A DNA stretch of 63,397 bases, filler included, from Octopus bimaculoides (GCF_001194135.2; 8 parts of 7 records of this genome joined end to end with filler, not necessarily neighbours in it); one strand, 5' to 3'. Shown: positions 22,835 to 36,200, numbered from the whole stretch's first letter. Notes: generated by a model not told the origin, from the sequence alone. Made by a program: numbers and translations.

Positions 22835-23490
22835 CTAGCTCAAAAGCTGCACACTGTGCGGACTTTTGAGCTAGTTCCTGTGAAGGGCTAATTGGTCCTG
22901 CAGCCCAAAACTAAAGATGGAAATAATGATAAAGCATTTATTGGTATCATACACTCTCAGATTTGTATCACAGAGTATCGCATTTGGAGAATTTTGTATT
23001 ACTGTGACATTTGGAGATCACTGTAAAGCAGCAGGATAAACAATATTCTTGGCTTTATCAGTTAGTGTGAGTATGAAGTGATCGTTACCATTTCCAACTC
23101 TGGAACAACCAACACAGAGCTAACCATGGGAAAAGTACCGCTGCATGAGGTGCAGTCCAACAATTTTCAGTGATTGTCCTTGACTCTTGTTAACTGACTT
23201 TGCAAAGCTAACTCTTACTGGAAATTGAAGTCTCTCGAGTTTAAAGGGTATGTCTGCTGGAATTATTGGAGGAAACACATTTTCTCCCTTTCTTTGTCAA
23301 GTGAGATTTGTTGCTTCCAAAAGATATGGATGCATTTACCTGACATCAGTTCCATTGCACAGCTTTGGGGGATCCAGTTTTCTCAAAAGCATAATTGGAA
23401 CTCCTTTCTTCAATGTCAGTTTGTGAGAACACATTCCAGGAGGATCCAAAGAGTTAAGAAACTTAGTAGTAGTTATTATAGAAGATACAT
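22835..23490 (-). mobile_element. Autonomous-Helitron remnant: PIF1-like helicase C-terminus and 3' terminus
   Basis: FLNSLDPPG...[26 protein letters not shown] and RLQFPVRVSFAKSVNKSQGQSL...FSHG*LCVGCSRV...KNIVYPAALQ* (stop 23018-23020); terminal hairpin and CTAG|T at 22838-22834. Confidence 0.9.
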
Positions 23491-23628
23491 ATAACTTAGA
23501 TTGGTTTCGGCCATTATCGACCCAGGCCAAGGCTAACTCAATAGCACTGTGGCTTTGGGTCTGTTTTTGTCCCCCACGTAATATATAAGGATAAGACACG
23601 TGTTATTTTGTCTCTAATTTATATGTTG

Positions 23629-23721
23629 ATGTTTTGGCATATCCGCTGATGAGAACTTTTCCTTGCAAATTATTTCATTTGCTAATTAAAGTTCGAAACC
23701 TGAGGTCCGGCTGTAAAACAT
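23629..23721 (+). ncRNA. Type I hammerhead ribozyme motif, catalytic core intact
   Basis: CTGATGA 23646-52; stem II GAACTTT/AAAGTTC closing with G10.1-C11.1; GAAA 23695-98; stem III ACC-tga-GGT; C17 at 23707; stem I CCG/CGG extended by ATGTTTT/AAAACAT. Confidence 0.75.
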
Positions 23722-23825
23722 GGTAAATGTTTTTATTTTTCATTCCCTTCAAAATTGCTCTTAACAGTGGTTTGAACTTTTTGACTGTTCCTTTGTGTTT
23801 AAATATACATACATACATATATATG

Positions 23826-23937
23826 CATCATCATCATCATCATCATCATCGTTTAACGTCAGCTTTCCATGCTAGCATGGGTTGGACAATTTGACTGAGG
23901 ACTGGTGAAACCGGATAGCAACACCAGGCTCCAATCT
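23826..23937 (-). mobile_element. Severely 5'-truncated copy of the RTE 3' end
   Basis: (CAT)n gtttaacgtc.gctttccatgctagcatgggttggac... near-identical to 16861-16965. Confidence 0.85.
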
Positions 23938-24489
23938 AAATATATATACATATATATATACATATACATACATATTCATACATATACATACACATGTATA
24001 TATATATACATATACTTACATACATATACATACATGTATATATACACATATGTATACATATACATAAACATATACAGGGTGCAGTGAATAAACTGTTGTC
24101 TATTATGCAAAAATGAAAATAACACTAACATCTCATTTTAACAGATATATTTACCAAAATTACATAAAAATATCTTCAAATACTAAAGAGTAAATCTATA
24201 TTAAGAAATTTGATTTGGTAAGACTGATGGGTCAGTTTATCAGTACATGTCAGTCTGCTATAGTCACTACACCCTCCTCCTCCTCCTTCAACTAGCCCTA
24301 CAAAGGTTTGTGTTCCAATAAATTTTCTTGACAGGTAAACTTTTTACTTTGTCATGTTGTCATGGCAACTGGACTAAAAACTGAGAAGGGAAGAAGAGGG
24401 AGTGCGTGCATGTGGATGTAAATGTGCGTATGTGTTTATGTGGAGTGAAGGAGGATATCTATACATATGTATATATATCTATATATGTA

Positions 24490-25392
24490 TCATCATCATC
24501 ATCCAGTGTTTTAAATCTGGGTTTTATACCTGTTAACAGGGGTGGCTGGATCTACCTTAATGCCATAGTAACCACCCTCACACCATCTTGTCCTGTTTTG
24601 GGCATTCTCCTCTCTCAAACCAACCTGCCCATTCTCCTCCTCTACCTGTCCCCTCCATGACGATTTCCTCAGTTTACCTTGCTTTCAAGGTCCATTTACC
24701 TCAAACTCAAGCACCCTCCTCAGAACATGTTCCTCATCCCTCCTCAACACATGCCCACACCACCACACTTCATTCGCCCTTGCCAGCTGTTCTACTGATT
24801 CCTCCAACCTCAGCATCCTCATCAAGTCCTCAGTCCTCTTCTTATCAAACAGCTTCACACCACACATTTCTATCATCATTGCTCTCTCAATTCTCAAAAC
24901 TACCATCTCTCTCTCCCTCACTCCCATACAGCATTCGCTCCCCCTTAGACACCATGTCTTACTCCCATACAGCATTGTAGATCTCACACAACTCTGGTAA
25001 ACCCTTCCTTTCTAGGAGAATCTTTTCCCATAGAATAACACTCCACATTCCCTGAACCTCCCCCAGCCAAGTCTCACTCTTGCTTCACATCCACCCTCTC
25101 TCCCAAATAACAAAACCCTTCAAACCCTTACTTTTAAATGCCTCCTTCCATTTCCAGAACTCTCCCCTTAATCCCTCCATCGTCTCACTCATCAGAACAA
25201 GCTCATCTACATACAGTATCTCCATTAGCAGTCCCTCTCTTGCACTCTCCGTCACCACATCAACCACTGTTGCAAACAACAACTGTGACAACACAGATCC
25301 CTGATGCACACCAATTTTCATCACAAACTCCTCCGACAGCTCTGATCCAATTCTAACTCATCTTTACTCCCTCATACAAACTCATCACTGCC
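24490..25392 (-). mobile_element. Second RTE-family LINE 3' fragment with internal deletion
   Basis: GVHQGSVLSQLLF, ILYVDELVL, LYGSKTW, WCGHVLRR; (CAT)n tail at 24490. Confidence 0.85.
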
Positions 25393-25612
25393 CTATATAT
25401 GTATTATACATTTATGTATGTCTGTATATATAGGGATAATAACAGAATTAATGATATCTTTGCAAATTAATTTTTCATGAATTATTTTTTTCGTGAACTG
25501 TTTGCTCCTGTATCGAGATTATTTTCACACTGGTAGCTGCATGATTTTGGCACAAAATGAATCAGTTGCAGTACAGACTTCAAAACGATGGGTTGGGAGC
25601 CTATCATAGTAA

Positions 25613-25666
25613 TGCATGCTGAGGAAGCTACGGCTATTTTTGCCAGTGCAGAAACCGGTCCACGTG
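25613..25666 (+). ncRNA. Minimal (Penelope-type) hammerhead motif, partly degenerate
   Basis: CTGAGGA 25619-25, GAAACCGGTC 25651-60 with palindromic ACCGGT stem III; stem II first pair is A.A and stem I has one mismatch. Confidence 0.5.
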
Positions 25667-27130
25667 AATCCAAATACTTAAATGTACGTTAGGAGATTGT
25701 CTTAAGCTGATTTGCCTTCGGTTGATTTCTATAGTTATCATTAGTGTATTTTGGTGATTTAAATAAGACTGTTATTTCCAGCAGGTAGAATTTACTTAGT
25801 ATGTCCTTTGATTAATTTTAATCCTTCAGCTATTTAATTTTTTTTTTGNNNNNNNNNNNNNNNNNNNNNNNNNNNNNNNNNNNNNNNNNNNNNNNNNNNN
25901 NNNNNNNNNNNNNNNNNNNNNNNNNNNNNNNNNNNNNNNNNNNNNNNNNNNNNNNNNNNNNNNNNNNNNNNNNNNNATATATATATATATATATATATAT
26001 ATAGGGGGAGAATTCACAAAAAAACAAAAGACGAAGACAGGTGGTGTAGACAACAAACAAATGTATTAGTTTAATGCTCGGGAAGTAAAAAAGTCTTTAA
26101 CGTTTCAAGCCTACGTTCTTCCACAGAAAGGAACACAGAAAGAAACAAGGAGAGAAAATAAAGAATGTGTAGTGGGCTAGCGATCTATCATGAAGCATAT
26201 ATATTTATCATACATTTATGCGTGTGTGTGTGTGTGTGTGTGTTTGTGTGTATGTGTGTATGTATGTATGTATGTACATACGTATATATACATATGATTC
26301 CCTTTCTCTCTCACATATTCACAGGTGTGCATACATCACATACATGTATTTGACAAACGTTGTTTAAAAGCGAGATTAACCAGAAATAACTGAAGTATTC
26401 TTTTATGAATTGTAAGCTGACAATAGCTTTTTAAAGCTACGCCAATCTTTTAGAATCATCTCACTTTAGCTTGATAACTATTAATCTCCGAACTCTTCTC
26501 AAATGAGACGTCTAAAGTCAACATTAAGGTGAAGTACATCACTAAATTCTTTGTTAGACCACACCAATGTTCACATTGTCAGTTACCATTCTCTTCACGA
26601 AGAATCCATCTGAAATTTAAGCTGGATGTGCTGGAAATAGCAGCCAAATCTTTCCTGTGAGCAGACATCAGATTCATTTAACAATGGTGTCACTTCAGAA
26701 AATCATGTTATCAATAACGATAATAACTTAAATGGTATATATAATGATTGCCAAGGAAGCAAACAATACAAATTCATTTAACAATAGTGTTGTTTCAGAA
26801 AATCTAAAAATGAAATAAACGAACAAGTAAGTAAATAAATTAATAAATGAATAAAGCTAACACAACCAAGCATGTGATGTTGCAACATCCGATGCATTAT
26901 GGTGACAAAATAACATATCTGTCAGCGAACCACATGTCTTGTTGTGTCGAGATATCAGGATATCACAGTGTAGAATTGTTTACTTCAATAAAATGGCTGA
27001 CAGTATAAGCAAAAAGTACAAGCAGAAGAAGGATGGCATTAACACGAACAAGAACATGAATAATAACAACAAGACCCAACAAAGCAATGAAAAGAGCAAT
27101 AGTAACAACAATGGTGACCAAAACTAACGT

Positions 27131-27278
27131 ATCATCATCATCATCATCGTTTAACGTCCGCTTTCCATGCTAGCATGGGTTGGACGATTTGACTGAGGAC
27201 TGGTGCAACCGGATGGCTACACCAGGCTCCAATCTAATTTGGCAGAGTTTCTACAGCTGGATGCCCTTCCTAACGCCA
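27131..27278 (-). mobile_element. Severely 5'-truncated copy of the RTE 3' end
   Basis: Near-identical to 16861-17010. Confidence 0.85.
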
Positions 27279-27329
27279 AAGAAACAAATTGGTTGCTGTT
27301 TCCCACACATGATAACGTCACTGAGTAGC

Positions 27330-29340
27330 TTTAAGTGTTTACAGAGGATTAAAATGGCCGATGTAGAAAAAGACAAAATGGCTGTTCACTCTCAAAACAT
27401 AGCGAGATTGGCTCTAGTTTATTCAGAGGATAAATCTTACTTGAATCAAAGAAACATCCCCCATATAATAGACATCTTGATACTTTCGAAGACCAGATTT
27501 GGAATGCAGTTAAGAACATCAGATTTGAGAAGTGCCCACTTAGAAACCAGCACATGAGAAAATTAAGGAACATTATCTTGGATTTAAAATCTATACAATG
27601 TGAACATTGATTTATACCATAATCTCATTCAGAAGGAAATAACTAAAGAATATAAAATAGTAAATAGGAATATACTTAGAAATATTAATCTTGAGTGTAA
27701 AAAATTATGTATGAATATAATATTGATGAATTGACTGAATTTTTTGTTCCCCTGAGACCTAGAATATCTCTTAAGGACCACAAATCTAATTTCTTTACTG
27801 ACCCATAAGTAAGACTTATTTGCTAAGCAAACTCTGACAAAGGTAAATTAAGCAAATTGATTTTAGATAAATATATTGTCCAACTTAAGAATAAATTAAG
27901 ATTAGAGCTGTGGTCTAATACAAAGGAAGTAACCAGCTGGTTCAATAGATTTGATAATAAGGATAGACATAGATTTATCCAGGTCAATATAAATGATTAC
28001 TACTCCTCAATAAACCCCACAGTATTAAATAGTGCCCTCATAATTTGTAAGCATCATACTAACTTGTCTTGCCAGGAATTAATATACTGATGTGACCACC
28101 AAAAATACAAACTAATGTTATATCCCTATCTCCCGAGCTGGGTTTTGAAACCGTATTCTGGTTGTTGAGGATAATGGTATTTCCTTAGTCTTGTGAACAA
28201 GTACAGCTATTTTTAGCGTAGGAGTGATCGGTGACCCTTTCCGGTCACCAAAAGTTCAGAAAAACAAGTGAGGAATTGTACTGAACTGACCCAGCTTTGG
28301 GAGGGGGTAAAGTAACACTATTGAGCTATGGTATTTGTGATAAAAAAGAATTGGCATGAACAGTTGTAAACCTTTGATTATGTTGCATGCGCTATTGTTA
28401 TATGCTATTGAATTTGAATTGTTATGCAATGTATTGATGATGTAATGTTTTATTCTGATGTTTGATGTAAAAAGAAAAAGTTAGTTCTGCTACTCAACGT
28501 AGGGTCTCCGTGTTATTTCTTCCTCTCCTCCTTTTGCCTGTTGTTCTTCGTTGCATGCTCCGGCCGGGGCTTATTGGTGGCCGTGGCGAGCATCCCGACT
28601 CACTGAGCGTCGACGTTCGCACGCGCGCAAGTTCTCTCTTCGTTAACGAGGTGCTTCGCGTGCGGGCATTCGTACCAATACTTACAGCGTGTAAATCATT
28701 AATTAAATTTGACAATAAATACTGGGCTAGGAAGGACACACCTGATTGCTTCAACATAGCTATGGATTCGATTGGTTTCACCTATATTGTAGCAATATAT
28801 ATACTGCATAAATTTAATAGTAAATTCCCAGAAATAGGTGGTGGCCTATACCAGGACGATGCATTATTTAGTACTAAAACTACTAATAATAGAAAATTAG
28901 AATAAAAAATTTCCTAAATTCTTCAATAGGTTTGGTCTTAAAATTTATGTTGAAAATGTGCATAGCCCAGTAAACTTTCTAGATATTAATCTTAATTTAC
29001 TCACAGGTAACCATGCACCATATCATAGACCCAATTCAAAGTTGACCTTTCATCTAGTCAAGAAATTTTTAATATAAATAAGGGTTATTCTAACTCAGCA
29101 TTAGCTAAGGCAGGATACAAACAGAAAATAAATTTGACCCACATACTGATAATCCAGATAAACAACCAGGTGAATGAAGACTTGATTATAATAAGTACAA
29201 ATCAACCAAAAATTAACATTAAAAAATAAAAAGAAAAAGAATTGCAATTATAACAATAATATAAATATGAATTACAATCAACATGAATCTAACTACAGTC
29301 TAAACAAGAACAAAACTAAAAAAACTAAAAAACCCTTCCC
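27330..29340 (+). mobile_element. Degenerate Penelope-like element (RT), split by an LTR-like insertion
   Basis: ILDKYIVQLKNKLRLELWSNTKEVTSWF...FIQVNINDYYSSI, CKSLIKFDNKYW, GLYQDDALF; same family as 53340-55145. Confidence 0.75.
28088..28677. mobile_element. Probable solo LTR (590 bp, TG...CA, 4-bp TSD)
   Basis: ATAC|TGATGTG...CGTACCA|ATAC; TSD at 28084-87 and 28678-81; Penelope RT homology resumes on both sides. Confidence 0.65.
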
Positions 29341-32300
29341 TTTCGTTACTATATTTCTGATCAAAATACACCCCTCATGAGTTTCAATTAAATTCTAAAG
29401 TAATCATGAATTTAGACTAATCTATACTATAAATTGCAGTGTTCTTGATTGCTTGATTGACTGATTGACTGATTGAGTGTCGGCAGATTCACTCGAGAAC
29501 GGTGCAGTGGAATCGCATGAAATTCAGCACAGAGCGGCAGCATGGTCCGCTCATGTTCAGGATATTTTTATTGCCCTCCAACTCCCATGGTTACCGAGAT
29601 AATCGATTATTACTTTTTAAGATAGGAATATCCCATTCAAAGTGGGGAGGGGTGATTTTGTTGCCTTTCCCATGCGCGAAATTTTACGAAAAATCAGTAC
29701 AATAAAGATTATTTTTTTCCAAGTAATGTGGCTGGGTTTGTTTTTCGAAAATTTNNNNNNNNNNNNNNNNNNNNNNNNNNNNNNNNNNNNNNNNNNNNTT
29801 AATTAATTAANNNNNNNNNNNNNNNNNNNNNNNNNNNNNNNNNNNNNNNNNNNNTATATATATATGGGCCCATTTATTTTTCAAATTTGATGATGTACGA
29901 AAAAATGCGAATTTTGCGATGAGGAACATTACCAGAAATATTTTACACTTCGATTATACGCTCTTCATGAGAATGAATAGATGAGGAGAGAAAAAAGTAG
30001 AGAAACGGACAGAGATTGTGTGTAAATGTAAATATGCTCAGACACACAAAAACAAACACACACACAAGCAAACACACACACGCATGCACGCACACAAACG
30101 TATATGTGTTAATGTATGTATATTGCACATACGTATGTGTAACTGTGTACATGTATGTGGGGGTTATGTATACAAATACCTATAAATATAAAACTGTAAA
30201 ACCGCCATTTTAATTATAGTCACAAGTTGCTATGTACATTTTCGTTTTAAAAACACTTCGCCAGACACTGTATTACACATATAAAAACATGTCAAACTTA
30301 ACAAGACAAAGTGGTTTTTAATGAGCAGACTTCGACAAAACTTTTCAGTAACTCAAGTTAATCAACATTTATTATAGTTATTTTCAATTATACAAACACA
30401 CGTAAGAAAATAGGATAAAGTTATACTACATTACTCCGGTTTCGTTGCTTAACCATCTAGTAGACATGGTTGATCGTTTTTCTGCTTTCAGTGAAATATA
30501 TTACAAATGTTAGGAAGCAATGAAAAAAATCACTACGCAGTTTACTGATCGGTTCCAAAAAGAAGACAACAAATTTCCCTCAATTAACAGTTCATCATTT
30601 AATAAAAGGAAATTAAACTTTGATAAGGTAGTACAATACAAAAATGCGATAATGGTCTTGGAAGGAAACTTTTTTATTATTGTTCTGCCGAACTAACATT
30701 GGTTTGAGGAAACAAAACAACAACTTCGATTAAGAAAACTGCTATTAGATGCAACGTGTAACATTTTCTATTTTACTTGTTAAGGATGTAAACAACAAAA
30801 ATGAGATAAATTTCATTGTTGCTGTTTACATCAAGCCATTGGATAAGAAACGTCGTAAGAAAGCCAGTGCTGTAGAAAATTTGTAGAGATAGCCTGATGT
30901 AAGAGCACTGCCAACACAGTAGAATACGGTATTGAGGTATTGACTTATAAAGACGTTTCATATACTTTGTAGTATATTATTGTTACATAACGAATATGAT
31001 GTCCTTACACGCCATTAACATTTTCTATTTTGATAAGGAAGGGACAGTGAATTATTTATGTATATCTTTAGGTTGTGATTTAAAAATCCAGCTGCTGTCT
31101 GCTTTGACTCATATTCTGTCGGTTGTGATGTGTTAAGTACCGATCAACTGGTGTAGTCGACTAAAACAGTTTTAATGTGTTAGAAATTAGATGAACCCGT
31201 GTTAAAGAGAGCAATAAATCATTACTGAGATATGATATATGTAGCAATAAATAAACATCTGGTGAATCAAGAACGGGATTGGTTTTCCGTTCACAGAAGA
31301 GGAAATTAACTGCCGATACGACTTACACTTAAGTCTGTCATGCACTTTAGTACACGAGGTCAGAGACTAAACAGCTGAGAGCATAAACAATGATGAAAAC
31401 TCCACGCTTCCCTAAACGAGACGTTGATGTGTCGAAGGGTCAACTTCCCGGCTACAGCTGGAAAACACTTATTTCCGAGTGGACTGGACTAATGTGAAAC
31501 GATGTTTTACTCAAAGCACTGCTGAGTCCAGGAATCGAAATCACTGTAAGGAGGTGAATGCAGTGCCCTCGCCAATAGACTGCGCAACTTCATAACACAT
31601 TTTATGCTCTTATATATATGAATAAATTTCTAATAATTTCATAAGCATAAAGCATACGTTTATTTAAATCAAGTCAAATCGAAATGATAGATTTGAATTC
31701 TTGATTGTGTAAGGATGACTTTTAAGAGCAAATTTGAATGGCTTATGTAGATAGAAATGGGAGAACGATAAGAAAAAAATATGTATTATATTGTAGTCAC
31801 CTTAGCTTAGCTTCAAATATTTAGTTGGTAGTATAGACGCCCTATATTTAAATACATAACCAAAACAGAATAATATCAAATTAGAAGTGACGGAAAGTTG
31901 ATATATGAGACATAATGAGAGAATATTGTACAAAATTTAGTTTCATCACGGCAACACGCAAATGCGACAAGAATTCAATGCAGATCAAAGTTATTTCTAT
32001 TTACTTAAAATGAATCTATATCTTCTACGATCAAATTATAGGAAAGATAAATTTTCGGATTTTAATGCCTTCCCAGTTCAAAAGAATTAGAATCAAAAAT
32101 TGCTACATTTGATTCAATATTGCAATTACTTAATATAGAATTTCTAGATAGAAACGGTTGAATAAATGCAACACCTATTAGTGATTACATCATAGCTTTA
32201 CAGGGATCGTGCAGTATATATACATACACACAGAGACACATATGTATGAATATATGCCTCTGTGGGGGTGGATATCTATCTATAGATATATGTATCAATT

Positions 32301-32844
32301 TATATACACATATATAGATAGAAACATAAATATATACATACACATACACACGCATTTATATAAATCTAGTTTTCTATTTTGGGGACACGTTGGAATAGTT
32401 TAGAAGCTCAGACAATACGAGGAAGCGCATTGTAACCAGCGGTGTATGCTAACATCCGATAGTCTGATCGATACAGTGATACAGCGATAAATACAGGTAT
32501 GAAATTACTTATACTAGTGCCTATCCATTTAAGTTACTGAAACAAGTAGAAGAGTAAAACAATGAATATATACAATACATACAAACATATATACATACAC
32601 ATGCATCAAACACCGGACACTGAATAAATGCACCGCCAATTCACACTAAGGTGCACAAATAGCAGTAGAACGAAGCGTGCGTAAGCCCAAGGGTAGAGAA
32701 TGCTGCAAATATCTATGTAATAAAATATGAATGCGTAAATCTCCTTTCGCCTGATCTTTGATAATTTGAATATATACATATAACATATATATATATATAT
32801 ACGTATGTATGTATATATATATATANNNNNNNNNNACAAAAGTG

Positions 32845-33047
32845 ATGCAGTACAACCGTTTCAAGCAGCTCCATTTAATTGAACAATGCAATCATTATAT
32901 CAAGTGTTTGATTAAAATTATATTAATGTTTCCAACATTAAAATTGTATTGATTTATTCGCGCGGTTGACGATAGCCCTGCATTTAAGTTGATGTAATGA
33001 ATGCATTGTCGAATTATATGGAGTCGCTTGAAACGGTCGTACTGCAT
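32845..33047. repeat. 59-bp inverted repeat pair with 85-bp spacer (MITE-like)
   Basis: Arms 32845-32903 and 32989-33047; 51 of 59 positions complementary by manual alignment. Confidence 0.8.
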
Positions 33048-33252
33048 GATTTCTTGATATCATGTTGCTTATTTTATGTGTGTGTGTGTGTGTGTGAATG
33101 TATATTTGTACAGTGGGAGATAGAGAGCGAGCGAACGAGATTGAAATTCATANNNNNNNNNNNNNNNNNNNNNNNNNNNNNNNNNNNNNNNNNNNNTTAA
33201 TTAATTAANNNNNNNNNNNNNNNNNNNNNNNNNNNNNNNNNNNNNNNNNNNN

Positions 33253-33319
<67 letters not shown>

Positions 33320-33886
33320 GCCTCTTATCTAACTAAGGCAAGCTGTTATTGTCATTCACCAATTGCCCAAATCTCCACTTGTAAATTTAATTTGATTTCG
33401 ATTTATCTTTTGATCTTGTAACTAACCAGATCAGTTCCTACTTTCTCTGTATCGAACTCCTTACTCTTTGATCTGTAACAATTCCTATTCATCTTGGAAA
33501 TTTTACTGGGGCGAAATATTCTGTTTCGTTTCGCCTCTGAATCATTTGTTGCTGAACTTTTGTCTGCTGCTTATTTATTTATATTTTATATATTCTATAT
33601 GGCATTTTGTGAAGAATAGCGTCGTTGGTCACAAGTACAACCGGATTAGTGTATTCATGAAGGCGTATACAATAAATAATTACCTGTGCCCCTCGAGTGG
33701 AATGGTATACATTTGTTCCAAAACACTCCGATGCATCTGTTGGTAAACGTTTGTCTACTACTTACGTATTTATAATTTATATATGTTCTATGGCATTTTG
33801 TGAAGAATAGCGTCGTTGGTTACGCTTATTATTTCTTGCTTTATAGCAAAGAATCTCGGAGGAAAGAGGTTTAGGAAAGAGGTTTA

Positions 33887-33919
<33 letters not shown>

Positions 33920-34373
33920 NNNNNNNNNNNNNNNNNNNNNNNNNNNNNNNNNNNNNNNNNNNNNNNNNNNNNNNNNNNNNNNNNNNNNNNNNNNNNNNNN
34001 NNNNNNNNNNNNNNNNNNNNNNNNNNNNNNNNNNNNNNNNNNNNNNNNNNNNNNNNNNNNNNNNNNNNNNNNNNNNNNNNNNNNNNNNNNNNNNNNNNNN
34101 NNNNNNNNNNNNNNNNNNNNNNNNNNNNNNNNNNNNNNNNNNNNNNNNNNNNNNNNNNNNNNNNNNNNNNNNNNNNNNNNNNNNNNNNNNNNNNNNNNNN
34201 NNNNNNNNNNNNNNNNNNNNNNNNNNNNNNNNNNNNNNNNNNNNNNNNNNNNNNNNNNNNNNNNNNNNNNNNNNNNNNNNNNNNNNNNNNNNNNNNNNNN
34301 NNNNNNNNNNNNNNNNNNNNNNNNNNNNNNNNNNNNNNNNNNNNNNNNNNNNNNNNNNNNNNNNNNNNNNNNN

Positions 34374-34427
<54 letters not shown>

Positions 34428-35461
34428 GCATATATCCATACATATATGTACATACCTACATCTATATGTATACATACATGCATACATGGGTACAGGACAC
34501 AAACAAAAGAGAAAAAACGTTAAACACAATGAGAAACGAAAACATAAAACGAACTTTTTTCGAACAACAAACATATATGGGTTCGTCTTTTTGTCCCGTA
34601 GGACGTCCAGTAAATCAGTAAATTAACCAAACACGCACGGTGAGGTAGTTAGTGGCTTAGTCGCCGACGACCCAGTCAAAAGACAGGTTACACTTGGTTA
34701 CATGTTATCAGTAGTGCTCGGGAGCGACCAGACGTTATGGTCGTTTGAAGCCCTGCCATAGGTGCCCAACCACAACGAATCTACTGCATTGTTTGAAAGC
34801 GCAAATATTACGTAACTTTCCGGAAGGTGCTTTTTGCGTACATCGGCGTTACAGAGTGGTGCAAGAATAATTTTTACAAATTATACTTACAGGCTCAAAT
34901 AAACTGCATTTCATTTATTTTCCTCGCACACACACATTCATTTATGAAAATTTCTCCGCATTTTTTGTTTTATACGGACCTACCTACGGTGTTATGAAAA
35001 CATTACCAAAATCTTGCACGATTTCAGCGAATCGTTTATTTATTTTAGAAGTGAATATGGATTTAAATCCCGATTTGAAGTGTGTTGTATTACATTGCAG
35101 TAACAGTGATAATGTCGCAATTAAGAGTAATGCATTCTACCAGTATAAAGTATCATATAATGTTGATTAAACAGTTTGAAGAAGCAAAACGTTTTCATGG
35201 TTACTACTCAGATAAACGGTCTGCAGTTGGAGATAGCATAATTCTTGTAGTCAGAGAAGCAATTAGAAGGCTACATATTGAAAATCTATCGGTTTATACG
35301 AGTGCTTCGACAATTTTATTTGATGCAAGGATTTAAAAAATGAAGCATTTCATGGATCTTCTTGGGTTTCGATTATACAAAAGCCATTAACAATAACTCT
35401 CTCTCTCTCTCTCAATCTCTCTCCCTCCCGCTCTCTCACTTACACACACACAAACACGCAT

Positions 35462-35499
<38 letters not shown>

Positions 35500-35824
35500 A
35501 CACAAACATATTCGCACGTACACACAGCCAAACAAACAGGAGCACTTGAAAAAAAAAAGATTTAAGAATAACGCAAATTCTATAGCAATGTTAAAAATTT
35601 AGAACACTCTGCAAAAAAAGAAAAACGAGATAAAAAGGAACTTAAATGAAGCATTTAAATATTTAATGGTCGCTTAGATCGTTTTTATAAGTTTCTCTTA
35701 ATAGTTTTCACTTGAATATTTAATATTTTTTTATATATATTAGAAATAGATTAATGACTGAAAGAATTGAAATTATTCTTGTTAACCCCGTGTATACACA
35801 TATATCAGCAAACAAATTTTTAAT

Positions 35825-36200
35825 TTCTTACTTGTTTCAGTCATTGGAATGCGTCCATACAGGGGTAGTTACTTGGCGCAGATTAACCTTGACCTATGTT
35901 GTGTATGTGTGCTAAGTCTCAATGTTCTAGCTCACAGATAAATCTCGGTATTTATTTTCAAGTATGGTACTTAATCCATTGGTCTTTTTCTTAGAACCAC
36001 TAAGTTACGGGGTCATACAGAAAGCAAAACCGGTTGTCAGATAACGAAACGTAATGTCACTCACGTAAATACACACAGATACAGACGAAAGCATAGGGGG
36101 CACACTCACACACATTGCTTGGGTTTCCACACGCTTTGAGTCAACAAAAGTCAATCACGAGACAATCATTGGTCATTCCGGAACTATAGGAGGAATCACC
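35825..36200 (-). mobile_element. SINE family A, degenerate
   Basis: Reverse-complement homology to 7242-7570. Confidence 0.65.

Noticed and set aside
26672-26804. 33-bp imperfect direct repeat with 100-bp period (CRISPR-like look)
   Set aside because: Only two copies, eukaryotic context, no cas genes; an ordinary local duplication.
34641-34662. TGAGGTAGT, let-7-like 5' end
   Set aside because: The match stops after 9 nt and there is no complementary arm; similar strings occur in SINE heads and at about 21050.
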